DNA of 64,000 bases from an uncultured Gammaproteobacteria bacterium (GCA_964486685.1 CAZAOE010000003.1:5306-69305), one strand, 5' to 3'. Numbered from the stretch's first letter, positions 37,561 to 47,925 are shown. The notes: a model not told the origin generated them from the sequence alone. Numbers and translations are program-made.

Positions 37561-39033
37561 ATGACTATTTGGAAAAATAGCTACTTCAAATACACTTTTT
37601 GGGCATTGGTAATAGCCGATATTTTTTTCTTTTGGACTCATACCTTACCTAAATTTGAAAGTATATTTTTCATCATTGCTTGTCTGGGCTTATTTTACTT
37701 AATGTTCAAAAAAATAGAATTTGCAATTTATATTCCGATTTTAGAATTAGTAGTCGGCTCACAAGGCCATTTAATGGATTTGTATCTGGGAAGTTATACT
37801 CTTTCTTTTCGTACGGCTATTTTTAGTTTAGCTTTTTTGGCTGGTTTAATTTATTTGTTTAAAAACAAACGTTTTGATTTTTTAAAAACTCCATATTTTA
37901 AAATATTTATTGCTTTTTTATTTTTATTAACTTGGGGAACTACGCTGGCTCTAATTTATAAAAGGCCCTTATTAAATATTTTTTTAGACCTTAATGGCTA
38001 TCTTTTTATCTTAATCTTGCCAATCTTTTATCAAATTATTAGGGATAAAAAAATTCTCAAAAATTTACTTTATTTATTTTGGGGCGCTACTTTATTTTTT
38101 TGCTTTAAAACTATTTTAAGTTTTTATATTTTTTCCCATCATTTTTCCGGAGTAAATTTAACTATTCTTTATGAATGGCTAAGGGATTCTCGCATTGGAG
38201 AAATAACCATGGTCAATAATAATTTTTTCCGGATATTTTTTCAAAGTCAAATTTATATTTTAATCAGCTTAATAATTAATTTTTGTTTATTGGTTTTTAA
38301 AAAACATATTTTAGAAAAAAAAGATTATTATCTATTAATTGGCTTGATAATTTTAAATTTAACTACTTTAATTATTAGTTTTTCCCGTAGTTATTGGGTT
38401 GGTTTAGCGGTATTTTTATTTTTCTTATTTATTTGGCTCTTAATAAAAAAATATAGGTTTTTAATTATTCTTAAAGCTTATTTTAAATTTATTGGCTTAA
38501 TAATTTTAAGTGGCTTATTTGTATTTTTACTAGTCAAAATACCATATACTGATGCTAAATTGGATGATTTATTTGCCCGAAGATTAATGTCGGGCGAGGC
38601 CGCTAGTAATTCTCGTTTAGAATTATTACCCCATATGCTAGAAAAAATTAAAGCCCAACCCGTCTTCGGTTACGGCCTCGCCCAAGAAATAACTTATTTA
38701 TCTCAAGACCCTCGAAATAAAAACCCTAAAAATCCTGATGGTACAGTTACTACTTATAGTTTTGAATGGGGCTGGTTAAATATTTGGATAAAATTTGGAA
38801 TTTTAGGATTGGGCGTTTATCTTTATTTAATATTGAAAATAATCATTGATTCTGTTAAACTAGCAATGAATAATTGGCCCAAAACACAAACTATTTTAAT
38901 GATTGGTTTGGCCTTGGGGCTAATTAGTTTAGCCACGGTCCATATCTTTTCTCCCTATTTAGACCACCCCTTGGGCTTAGGATTTGTGATCATAAGCATT
39001 GCCATATTGAACAAAACTAAAATAAAAAAATAA
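37561..39033 (+). CDS. polytopic membrane protein, O-antigen ligase/polymerase (Wzy_C)-like
   Basis: 490 aa, >10 TM, periplasmic loop near C-terminus. Confidence 0.55.
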   Translation: MTIWKNSYFKYTFWALVIADIFFFWTHTLPKFESIFFIIACLGLFYLMFKKIEFAIYIPILELVVGSQGHLMDLYLGSYTLSFRTAIFSLAFLAGLIYLFKNKRFDFLKTPYFKIFIAFLFLLTWGTTLALIYKRPLLNIFLDLNGYLFILILPIFYQIIRDKKILKNLLYLFWGATLFFCFKTILSFYIFSHHFSGVNLTILYEWLRDSRIGEITMVNNNFFRIFFQSQIYILISLIINFCLLVFKKHILEKKDYYLLIGLIILNLTTLIISFSRSYWVGLAVFLFFLFIWLLIKKYRFLIILKAYFKFIGLIILSGLFVFLLVKIPYTDAKLDDLFARRLMSGEAASNSRLELLPHMLEKIKAQPVFGYGLAQEITYLSQDPRNKNPKNPDGTVTTYSFEWGWLNIWIKFGILGLGVYLYLILKIIIDSVKLAMNNWPKTQTILMIGLALGLISLATVHIFSPYLDHPLGLGFVIISIAILNKTKIKK

Positions 39034-39220
39034 TTATTAATGATAAATTACACAATTAATTACCAATTTAAAATTAACAATTTACATTTAATTTACAATA
39101 AATCAATTATCAATATTTCTTAATCAAAAAAACAACTTAGTAAGATATTAAAAATTGAACATTGCTCTATTGATTATTAAATGAAAATTGAAAATTGGTA
39201 ATTGTAAATTTAATAAAAAC

Positions 39221-40279
39221 ATGTCTAAAATAAGTATCAACTTGCTTCTCTGGAATGGGGAAAGATATTTGCCCTTTTGTTTAGAGTCATTAAAAAAACA
39301 AAGCTTTTCTGATTGGGAGTTAAACATTTTAAACAATGGCTCTACAGACAATTCTTTAAAATATTTAAAAGAGCATTATCCACAATTTAGAGTAAATAAT
39401 TTAAAACAAAATATTGGTTTTGCTAAAGGACATAATAAATTAATATCCTGGACTAATTCTGAATACATTCTGTGTTTAAATCAAGACACTATTTTAGAAT
39501 CAGATTTTTTAAAAAATGCCATAGAATTTTTAGATCAAAATAAAAATATTGGAGCCGTCAGTCCTAAAATCTATAAATGGAATTTTAAAAAATTGGATAT
39601 TGAAAATCCTCCAGAGCCAGAAATGGCTGGAAAAATGTTAGAGATTGGTAAAACTAATATTATTGATAGTTGTGGATTAAAAATATTCAAAAATCATCAA
39701 GTCATGGATTGGGGACAATTAGAAAAAGATAATAAAAAATTCTCTTCTGCTCAGTCAATATTTGGAGTTTCTGGGGCCCTGCCAATTTATAGAAGAAAAA
39801 CTTTAGAAAAGATAAAAATCAATAATGAATATTTTGATGAGGACTTTTTTTCCTACAAAGAAGATGTTGATTTAAGCTATAGAATACAATTGGCTGGTTA
39901 TAAAATCTATTTTTTGCCCCAGGTAATTGGATATCATGACCGCAGTGTTAGTAGAGATAAATCTATCATTCAGGGACGGAAAATAAAAACTAATTGGATT
40001 AAACAATATTCATATAAAAATCATTTATGGTGTATTGTTAAAAATGAATTTAGTAAAAATTTATCCAAATATTTTTTACCTATATTTTGGTATGAATTGA
40101 AAAAATTTTTATATATTTTAATCTTAGAAAATAAAACCTTAAAATTTTTCTTAAAAAATAAAAAAGAGTATAAAAAAATAAAAAGTAAAAGAAAATATAT
40201 ATTTAAAAATATAGTAAAAATAAAAGCCGAGGACTTGGCCAAGTGGTATGACCAGAAACAAAAAAACAAAAAAACATAA
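39221..40279 (+). CDS. family 2 glycosyltransferase
   Basis: start set at MSKISINLLLWNGERY (ORF-track 39188); GT-A fold with DxD. Confidence 0.75.
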   Translation: MSKISINLLLWNGERYLPFCLESLKKQSFSDWELNILNNGSTDNSLKYLKEHYPQFRVNNLKQNIGFAKGHNKLISWTNSEYILCLNQDTILESDFLKNAIEFLDQNKNIGAVSPKIYKWNFKKLDIENPPEPEMAGKMLEIGKTNIIDSCGLKIFKNHQVMDWGQLEKDNKKFSSAQSIFGVSGALPIYRRKTLEKIKINNEYFDEDFFSYKEDVDLSYRIQLAGYKIYFLPQVIGYHDRSVSRDKSIIQGRKIKTNWIKQYSYKNHLWCIVKNEFSKNLSKYFLPIFWYELKKFLYILILENKTLKFFLKNKKEYKKIKSKRKYIFKNIVKIKAEDLAKWYDQKQKNKKT

Positions 40280-40336
40280 TAACAATTCAACCATTCAACA
40301 ATTAAACAATTAAGCAATTAGTCAATTAACCTATTA

Positions 40337-41161
40337 ATGACTATGACCCTAAGCATTATTATTTTAAATTACAAACAAGCTAATTTGATTAAGTATCAAC
40401 TCAAAAAACTATATCATTATAATTTTGAATTTGATAGTGAAATTATTGTAATAGATAATAATTCTCATGATGATATTCAAGAAATCATTATAGCCGATTT
40501 TCCTAAAGTCAAATTTATAAAATCTAAAAATAATTTAGGATATGCTGGTGGAAATAATCTAGGAATTAAACGGGCTCAGGGAAATTATATTTTAATTTTA
40601 AATCCGGATATTAGGATTAGCCAAGAATCTATTCAAAAAATGCTTGATTTTTTGAAAAAAAACCCTACGGTAGGACTAATAGCTCCTCGTTTAATTAATG
40701 CCGATAAAACAACTCAAGAAACATGCTTTCAATTTCCAAACTGGCAATATCCTTTATTTAGAAGAACTGGCTTTGGGAAAACAAAGTCAGGCAAAAAATG
40801 GCTGGCTAAATTTTTAATAAAGGATTTTGACCACAAATCAACTCGCAAAGTTGATTGGATTATGGGCGCCTGTTGGATGGCTAATAAAAAAACAATTCAG
40901 GAAATTGAATATTTAGATAAAAATTATTTCATGTATTTAGAAGATATGGATTTATGCCGAAGATTGTGGAACAAAAATAAGGCCGTTTATTATTTAGGAG
41001 AAATATCAGCCATTCATCTTCATCAAAAGGCCTCGGAAAATAAAAATATTATTTATTCTTTATTTTTTAATAAACTTTCCCGAATTCATCTTAAATCTTG
41101 GTTTTATTATATAAAAAAATGGCGCGGGCAAAAACTTCCCGCTCCAACTTTAAAAAAATAA
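40337..41161 (+). CDS. family 2 glycosyltransferase
   Basis: LSIIILNYK...IIVIDNNSHD; 274 aa. Confidence 0.75.
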   Translation: MTMTLSIIILNYKQANLIKYQLKKLYHYNFEFDSEIIVIDNNSHDDIQEIIIADFPKVKFIKSKNNLGYAGGNNLGIKRAQGNYILILNPDIRISQESIQKMLDFLKKNPTVGLIAPRLINADKTTQETCFQFPNWQYPLFRRTGFGKTKSGKKWLAKFLIKDFDHKSTRKVDWIMGACWMANKKTIQEIEYLDKNYFMYLEDMDLCRRLWNKNKAVYYLGEISAIHLHQKASENKNIIYSLFFNKLSRIHLKSWFYYIKKWRGQKLPAPTLKK

Positions 41162-41163
41162 AA

Positions 41164-41958
41164 TTACTCAAAACTACAACTTAAATAAACTCCTTTAAAT
41201 TTTTTGTCTATGGAAAATACTTTCGGTTTTAATTTTGATATTAAAGGAAAAATTGTAGGAAAAATTTTTAAAAAAGGGCTATTAAATTTTTCCAATTTAT
41301 AATTTAAAAGGGCCTGATAATCATTTTGCATATCTTGCAAAACATCGTCCGCAATTTTAATGGCCTCGTCTTTATTGACTTCATTAAAATTTTCAATCAA
41401 ATCTCCACAAGCAATTAAAACAATTTCTTGATTTTCTTGAACTAAAAAATTGTTCAATAATTCTCCAAACTTCAAATGATAATCAAAATCCCCATCTGAA
41501 CAGCGAATAATAATAAATTCATTTTTTATATTGGTGTCGTGAACCATTTTCTTTTCAAATCCCCGAGAGTCAATATGATATTTATTTAAATAATATAATG
41601 GCACAAAGGCCTTATAACTTACTTTTGGATTTGAAAATAAACGAATGTCAAAATTATTAACCAATAAAAAATCTCTTAATCTAGTGCTAATATCTAAATC
41701 TCCCAAAATATTAAATTGGATTGATAAATCTCCAAATTCTTTAAAATTAACCGCATATTCTTCGCTTTGATTTATAGAAATACTCTGAACAGCTTCTTGT
41801 GGAGGAGTAATAATAAAAATCTTATCTGGATTCAAATTATAAATAATTTGTCTTATTTTTTTCAAGGCCTGAATAGAAATAGAAACATTTTGAGAATATT
41901 CTTTCCCTATTTTAGAAATCATTAAAGGATTATGAGGAATAAAAAATGTATGAATCAT
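41164..41958 (-). CDS. hypothetical protein, possibly LigB/Memo-superfamily (class III extradiol dioxygenase-like)
   Basis: 264 aa; N-terminal FFIPHNPLMI resembles the FxxHGSP His motif of LigB/YgiD; weak. Confidence 0.3.
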   Translation of the reverse strand: MIHTFFIPHNPLMISKIGKEYSQNVSISIQALKKIRQIIYNLNPDKIFIITPPQEAVQSISINQSEEYAVNFKEFGDLSIQFNILGDLDISTRLRDFLLVNNFDIRLFSNPKVSYKAFVPLYYLNKYHIDSRGFEKKMVHDTNIKNEFIIIRCSDGDFDYHLKFGELLNNFLVQENQEIVLIACGDLIENFNEVNKDEAIKIADDVLQDMQNDYQALLNYKLEKFNSPFLKIFPTIFPLISKLKPKVFSIDKKFKGVYLSCSFE

Positions 41959-41963
41959 AATTA

Positions 41964-43388
41964 TTATAAAGGATTGCTTTCCTGTTCTTCTGGCAAGAGC
42001 TCTTCTTCTAAAATATCTTGTTCTGTTTCTTCAACAATATCGCCCAATTCATGTATTAATAAAACATTTTCACTTAATTCAATAATGTCTTTCCAAAAAT
42101 ATCCTAAATTCTCAAAAACTTCAGCACTATAAATGGGCCTTCTTTTCCCTTCAGAAATAATATAAACGCTATTATCATTTTCGGTTTTAACTAAAATACC
42201 ATCTTTAATTTTAACTAACACGCCCGTAGTCAAAGAATTTATTTCTTCTTCGGAAACATCAATAATATATTGTCCACCAAAATCTATCTTTAATATCTCT
42301 TCGCTAATAATTGGATATTTGTATCCATTTTTAACATAAAAAATATGATTATCGTATTTTAATAAAGCCCCGGCTGGATACATACTATCCATTGTAATGG
42401 GCTCTCCCTGAACATAATAATAAGCGTCTTCCCAGGTGATATTAATTATTTCTTCAGGATTAACCCCAAAATATCTTCTTACTTCCTCTGAAACAAAGGG
42501 CCTTAGTTTGTCCACGTCTAGCATATAAACTTGAGCATCTGGAGTTCTTAAATAAGCATAATTAGCAAATTTTATAGGTGAACCTTCTAAATATTTTATT
42601 AAATCATTATACTGAACCTCAACAATATCATTGGGGTCATATCTACTAACAAATGCCGTCCAAGTAATAAAAGGACTTCTTCTCCCATTCTCAATCAACC
42701 AAACGCCTGGCGTCCCAATTTCTTTTAAAATACTTCCATTAGGATAATTACGCGTAAACCATTTATTCCATATTTTCCAAAAATTATAATTACCATTAAT
42801 ATGTGGCGTGTAATTATATAAACAAACCGTGGCTTGATTCATGGGGGTTATTATACGATTATCTATTAAATATTCCTGACCAATTTGAAAAAGCCAGGGC
42901 TGATTTTTATTATCAATATAAAACCTATTTCTCTCCGCCGCATACATTACTTGCTTATAAAAACCTCGATATTCCTGCAAAACCGAATCAGTCATACTAC
43001 AATCATCACAAATAGCATAACCACAAGCCCAATCTAAGGCCTTTAAACTAGGGGTAGGATTAGTGATTAAGCTTTGTTCTTTTTGTAATAAAACTAAAAG
43101 ATACTTAGGATTAATCTGATAAGTTTGAGCAGCTTGATAAATTATCTCGGCTGCAGATATTTCTTCTGAATTTTCAGGATTAGTAGTATTATAATATTTT
43201 AAAATACCGTTTTGACGATTTAAAAAATAATTAATATCATCCATGGTCATGGAATTATAATCTCCTAATTCATAATCAGAAATAATATAATTAGGACTAA
43301 AAAGCACGTCAAAATCTTCCTCAGCCAAAAAAGCAAAGTTTGGAAATAACAAACCAATTATTGCTAATATTAATAAAAATTTTTTCAT
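41964..43388 (-). CDS. secreted hypothetical protein (signal peptide; possible cell-wall-active domain)
   Basis: 474 aa; cleavable signal peptide; LLVLLQKEQSL segment faintly SLT-like; acidic C-terminal tail. Confidence 0.45.
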   Translation of the reverse strand: MKKFLLILAIIGLLFPNFAFLAEEDFDVLFSPNYIISDYELGDYNSMTMDDINYFLNRQNGILKYYNTTNPENSEEISAAEIIYQAAQTYQINPKYLLVLLQKEQSLITNPTPSLKALDWACGYAICDDCSMTDSVLQEYRGFYKQVMYAAERNRFYIDNKNQPWLFQIGQEYLIDNRIITPMNQATVCLYNYTPHINGNYNFWKIWNKWFTRNYPNGSILKEIGTPGVWLIENGRRSPFITWTAFVSRYDPNDIVEVQYNDLIKYLEGSPIKFANYAYLRTPDAQVYMLDVDKLRPFVSEEVRRYFGVNPEEIINITWEDAYYYVQGEPITMDSMYPAGALLKYDNHIFYVKNGYKYPIISEEILKIDFGGQYIIDVSEEEINSLTTGVLVKIKDGILVKTENDNSVYIISEGKRRPIYSAEVFENLGYFWKDIIELSENVLLIHELGDIVEETEQDILEEELLPEEQESNPL

Positions 43389-43610
43389 ATACTTTGTTAT
43401 TTAATTATCAATTTGAAATTTTCATTGAATTACAAATTACCAATTTGAAATTGAATAATTGAAAATTAACCCCATCACCTTTTTTGCAAAATAATATCAA
43501 AAAATTATTTTAAAAAAATTATATAATAAAATTAAGATATCAAATTTTAAATTAAAAGGTGAGGGGTTAAATTCAAATTAAAAATTGATCATTGGTAATT
43601 GAAATCATTT

Positions 43611-44687
43611 CTAGCTAACTATATTCAAACTATATTTACAATTCTGACATAAACCACTCTTGTCATTCCTTGTAATGATATACCCTTGTCTTTCAATATT
43701 CAAGGCCCCACACTCTGGACAATAGGTATTTTCTCTATCATCTTCCGCAATATTACCTAAATAAACATATTTTAAACCTACTTCCTTACCAATACCATAG
43801 GCCTGATCTAATTCTTTTTCTGAAGTAGCTTGCTTAGACAAAAGTTTATAAGAAATTTCTGGAGAAAATTTAGAAATATGCCAAGGTGTATCTACACCCA
43901 ATTCTTTTTTAATAAACTCAGCTATCTTCTTAATTTGTCCTTGAACATTAGTTTCTCCTGGAATAATTAGAGTAGTCACCTCTATAAAAACTTTTTTTTG
44001 TTTTAAATAAACTAAATTATTTAGAATTGGTTCTAAAGAACCTCCTGTTATTCTTTTATATTTTTTATCTAAGAAAAATTTTAAGTCCACATTAATAGCA
44101 TCTAAATAGGGGAGTATTAAATCCAAACATTTTTGACTCATAAAACCATTAGAAACCCAGACATTTTTTAATTTATGTTCATGGGCCAATTTCATAATTG
44201 GCAAAGCAGTTTCCAAAAATACTGTTGGTTCAGTATAGGTATAAGCAATGGAAAGACAATTATTATCTTTAGCTTCGGCAATGATTTCTGCGGGCTCAAT
44301 TAATTCTCCAGGAAATCTACTATCTAATTTCTCAATTTTTTGTAACTGGGAAATCTGCCAATTCTGACAATTAAGACAATGAAAATTACAGCCCATGCCA
44401 GCAATAGAATAAGTCAAACTACCTGGTAAAAAATGAAAAAAAGGTTTCTTTTCAATAGGATCAATGTTTTTAGCAATCAATTTATTATAATTTAAAGCAT
44501 ATAATTTGCCCTGAATATTTTTCCGCACCCCACAAACCCCAACATGATTTTCAGCAATACTACAAAAATGATTGCATAACTCGCAATTTACAACACCGCT
44601 AACTTTCTCCCCCTTTTTAAGAGGGAGGTGTCCGGAGGACAAAGAGGGTTTACCTTTTTTATATAATAAAGCTTCGTGCATACTCAT
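43611..44687 (-). CDS. radical SAM enzyme, AmmeMemoRadiSam-system (AmrS)/PflA-like
   Basis: CNFHCLNCQNW cluster motif; C-terminal CPECG...CQNCK zinc ribbon; N-terminus carries in-frame family-A element. Confidence 0.7.
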   Translation of the reverse strand: MSMHEALLYKKGKPSLSSGHLPLKKGEKVSGVVNCELCNHFCSIAENHVGVCGVRKNIQGKLYALNYNKLIAKNIDPIEKKPFFHFLPGSLTYSIAGMGCNFHCLNCQNWQISQLQKIEKLDSRFPGELIEPAEIIAEAKDNNCLSIAYTYTEPTVFLETALPIMKLAHEHKLKNVWVSNGFMSQKCLDLILPYLDAINVDLKFFLDKKYKRITGGSLEPILNNLVYLKQKKVFIEVTTLIIPGETNVQGQIKKIAEFIKKELGVDTPWHISKFSPEISYKLLSKQATSEKELDQAYGIGKEVGLKYVYLGNIAEDDRENTYCPECGALNIERQGYIITRNDKSGLCQNCKYSLNIVS

Positions 44688-44705
44688 ATTATAGCATTAA
44701 AAAAT

Positions 44706-44810
44706 TTAAAACTAAAAGCGCAAAATGCAAAACTAATTCCTACAAACTAATAAGCTACTCCCTACAAACCCAAAAACCTAACCCCCTACAAGCTAATAAG
44801 CTAATTCCCC
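44706..44810. repeat. longest dispersed-repeat copy (AAAGCGCAAAATGCAAAACTAATTCCTACAAACTAATAAGCTACTCCCTACAAACCC...CCCCCTACAAGCTAATAAGCTAATTCCCC)
   Basis: two tandem CTACAA..CTAATAAGCTA units; interrupted at its 3' edge by the ISL3 insertion. Confidence 0.8.
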
Positions 44811-46133
44811 GGCTCTATAATAATTAGTGTGTAAAAAAAGAAGGGTTTTAATGTAAAATTAGCATATAAACCAAGCTAAAACATTAAAACACCTTCTATG
44901 AACAAAGATATAACAAAGTTTTTTGAAATACAAGGGTATCTTGTATACAAAACTAGAATTGATAATGATCAAAACATAATAATTAGAATAGGAAGACCAA
45001 AAAACAAAAATGAGTGTCCAGATTGTAAAAGTAAAAAACATTATCTTCACAGTAAAGGAAAATGGACATTAAAAAAACATTCTAACTTTCAAGAAAAACA
45101 AATATATTTAGAAGTAAAAAGAAAAAGATACAAGTGTAAACAATGTCAAAGAGTGTTTAGTGAAAAATTACCAGATATACCTAGATATGCTAGAAAAACA
45201 AATAACTTCATTAAACAATCATTAAACTATCTGTCTAAGAATTCATTTAATGAAGTAGCTAAAGTAAATCAAATTAGTTATCCTAGTTTAAAAGATCAAC
45301 TATATAACTATGTTAATCCTTTTCAACTCTTAGAACATCAAATACAGCAATTAAATAAACTAAATGAAATATATCTTGGTTTAGACGGACAAAGTTTTAG
45401 AGGACAAAAAATGGTTCTAACCATTACAGAAGTGAAATTAAAAAAACTAATCACTATCTTACCATCAGAATCACAATCTGATTTACTGATATTTTTAAAA
45501 CAATTACCATTATCCACTAGATTAAAAGTAAAAGGTATATCGATTGATATGACTAACAAACATATTAGTTTATTAAGACAATACTTTCCTAATGCTAGAA
45601 TGGTCATAGATCATTATCATGTTGTTCAACAAGCTATATATAGATTACAAGAAGTAAGAAGAATATTACAAAGTGTAAACAGAGTTAATATACCTATTAA
45701 GAAAGAACTAGATAAAAACTATGAAAGTTTGACAAATCAAGAAAAAATAAAGATGCTTAAATATTTCATTATCTATCCAGAATTAAAAGAAGCTTACTGG
45801 TTTAAAGAAAGATTAAGATCTGTCTATCGGATTAAGAAGTATGACAAAGCTAAAAGAAGATATATAATATTAAAAAAAGAACTATTAAAACATAGTAATA
45901 ATAGTTTAAAGGAACTAGGTAAAACTTTACGTAATTGGCAAGTAGAAATACTAAATTACTTTATTACTAAAAAGATTACTAATGCTTATACGGAAGGATT
46001 ACATACTAAGTGTAAATTGATAAAAAGGAAGTCTTATGGTTTCAGAAATGTAGATACCTATGTTCGAAAGCTACTTCTTGGCTTAATACCGCTAATAACT
46101 ATACTTTCTTTACACACTATTTGACATAGAGCC
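44811..46133 (+). mobile_element. ISL3-family insertion sequence (1323 bp) with ~25-bp imperfect IRs (GGCTCTAT...AGTGTGTAAA) and 8-bp TSD AATTCCCC
   Basis: IRL 44811-44836 vs reverse complement of 46108-46133; direct repeat AATTCCCC at 44803-44810 and 46135-46142. Confidence 0.85.
44898..46124 (+). CDS. ISL3-family transposase
   Basis: N-terminal zinc ribbon CPDCKS...CKQC; DDE region with ARMVIDHYHVVQQAIYRLQEVRR typical of ISL3. Confidence 0.85.
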   Translation: MNKDITKFFEIQGYLVYKTRIDNDQNIIIRIGRPKNKNECPDCKSKKHYLHSKGKWTLKKHSNFQEKQIYLEVKRKRYKCKQCQRVFSEKLPDIPRYARKTNNFIKQSLNYLSKNSFNEVAKVNQISYPSLKDQLYNYVNPFQLLEHQIQQLNKLNEIYLGLDGQSFRGQKMVLTITEVKLKKLITILPSESQSDLLIFLKQLPLSTRLKVKGISIDMTNKHISLLRQYFPNARMVIDHYHVVQQAIYRLQEVRRILQSVNRVNIPIKKELDKNYESLTNQEKIKMLKYFIIYPELKEAYWFKERLRSVYRIKKYDKAKRRYIILKKELLKHSNNSLKELGKTLRNWQVEILNYFITKKITNAYTEGLHTKCKLIKRKSYGFRNVDTYVRKLLLGLIPLITILSLHTI

Positions 46134-46272
46134 TAATTCCCCTTGACTTCTTTCTAAATATATGTTATATTTAAATGTTAAGTAAAAAGTAAATCTATTA
46201 TTTCCAAATCCCTCAGGAAATAATAGATAAATAATGTCAACGAGGGAATAAAAAATATCCCAGGAGGATATA

Positions 46273-46710
46273 ATGAAAAAAATTATATTAATAGTAATGA
46301 TTATCGCAATAGCTGGACTAGCTACCGCCGAAACCCCCGTTGTTAGTTCTTACTATTCCATTGGTTATTCTGATTATTGTGAAATAATCAGCTTTGTAAA
46401 TACCCAGGGTCTCGAGAATACCAATGGCAGTAAATGTGTTGTTGTTAATGGATATAGCATAAAAGTCTACCCGTGGGAAGGAATAATTATCAAGTTATTG
46501 CCCTTCTCATATGATGCTGAAGTAGCTGTAGTAGACAACGGTTTTGACGGTATCGATGTTGACGATGAAATCGACCGAATTGCTGGCATTGATAATCTAA
46601 AAGATTTTCTTGACTCCTTTCCTTGGAAAGGCACAGAATACGATTATGCTGAAACTGAAGAAGAAGTTGAAATTGACCCACTTGAAGTTCTCATCGAAAC
46701 TCTAAAATAA
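46273..46710 (+). CDS. small secreted acidic protein (hypothetical)
   Basis: 145 aa; signal peptide MKKIILIVMIIAIAGLATA; perfect AGGAGG 8 nt upstream. Confidence 0.5.
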   Translation: MKKIILIVMIIAIAGLATAETPVVSSYYSIGYSDYCEIISFVNTQGLENTNGSKCVVVNGYSIKVYPWEGIIIKLLPFSYDAEVAVVDNGFDGIDVDDEIDRIAGIDNLKDFLDSFPWKGTEYDYAETEEEVEIDPLEVLIETLK

Positions 46711-46720
46711 AATTATCCGG

Positions 46721-46757
46721 CCCCATTCTCATTCGAGAGATTGGGGTCTTTTTTTTG
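46721..46757 (+). terminator. rho-independent terminator CCCCATTCTCATTCGAGAGATTGGGG plus T9
   Basis: hairpin plus long T-run. Confidence 0.75.
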
Positions 46758-46890
46758 TAAAAATGCAAAATGCAAAACGAAAAGCGTAAAATTTAAAACT
46801 AAACTTTCAACTTGCCCATTTTCCTGATATAATAAAAACATTAGATGAGATAAAAATCTATATTTTTTGTTATAAATAACTAATAAAATT

Positions 46891-47925
46891 ATGATGGAAA
46901 CATTAAAAAATTTAAATTTTTTGGGAAATAATGCTTATGAATATCTAAGAGCTCTAATTATATTTATAGGGCTTATTATTATTCTAAAAATTTTTAAAAG
47001 CATTATTATACAAAAATTAAAAAAATTAGCTAAAAAAACTAAAACCGAATTTGACGATATTTTAATAAATATATTTCAAACAATTAAGCCACCATTTTAT
47101 TTACTGGCCTCGCTATACATTTCAATCAAAACATTAATTATTCCTGACATTGCTAGCAAAATAATAAATATTTTATTTATCATTATTATTATTTATGAAG
47201 TAATTCGTGCTTTAGAAAAAATGGTTGACTATTTATTTAAAATAAAGGGAAAAGAAAATGCTTCTATTTCTCGAACAATTAAACTTATTATTAAAATTTG
47301 TATTTGGACTTTTGGTATAATTCTAGCTCTTGGTAATTTAGGAGTGAATGTTACATCTTTTATTGCCGGTTTAGGCATAGGCGGTATTGCTATTGCTTTA
47401 GCATTACAAAATATTCTAAAAGATATATTTAGTAATTTTTCAATACTTATAGACAAACCATTTGAAATTGGAGATTTTATCAAAATAGGAAATGACATGG
47501 GAACTGTAGAAAAAATTGGAATTAAAACTACCCACATCAGAACTTTGGACGGCGAGCAATTAATAATTGCTAATAGTGAATTAACTGATGCTCGTGTCCA
47601 AAATTTCAAAAGATTAGAAAAAAGAAGGGCTTTATTTAATATCGGGGTTATTTATGAAACTTCTTCAGAAAAATTAGCCCAAATTCCCCAAATCATAGAA
47701 AGCATCATTAAAAGAGAAAAACAAGCTGAATTTGATAGATGCCATTTTAAAAACTTTGGGGATTTTAGCCTAAACTTTGAAATATCTTATTATGCCAACA
47801 CTCAGGACTATAAAGAATATTTGGATATTGTAGAAAAAATAAACTTAGCAATTATAGATTCATTTAGAAAAGAAAATATAGAATTTGCTTATCCCACGCA
47901 CGTTGAATACCAGAAGACAGTGTAA
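46891..47925 (+). CDS. mscS: small-conductance mechanosensitive channel (MscS family)
   Basis: TM3 GLGIGGIAIALALQN followed by beta-domain DxxKIGN..G.V. Confidence 0.8.
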   Translation: MMETLKNLNFLGNNAYEYLRALIIFIGLIIILKIFKSIIIQKLKKLAKKTKTEFDDILINIFQTIKPPFYLLASLYISIKTLIIPDIASKIINILFIIIIIYEVIRALEKMVDYLFKIKGKENASISRTIKLIIKICIWTFGIILALGNLGVNVTSFIAGLGIGGIAIALALQNILKDIFSNFSILIDKPFEIGDFIKIGNDMGTVEKIGIKTTHIRTLDGEQLIIANSELTDARVQNFKRLEKRRALFNIGVIYETSSEKLAQIPQIIESIIKREKQAEFDRCHFKNFGDFSLNFEISYYANTQDYKEYLDIVEKINLAIIDSFRKENIEFAYPTHVEYQKTV

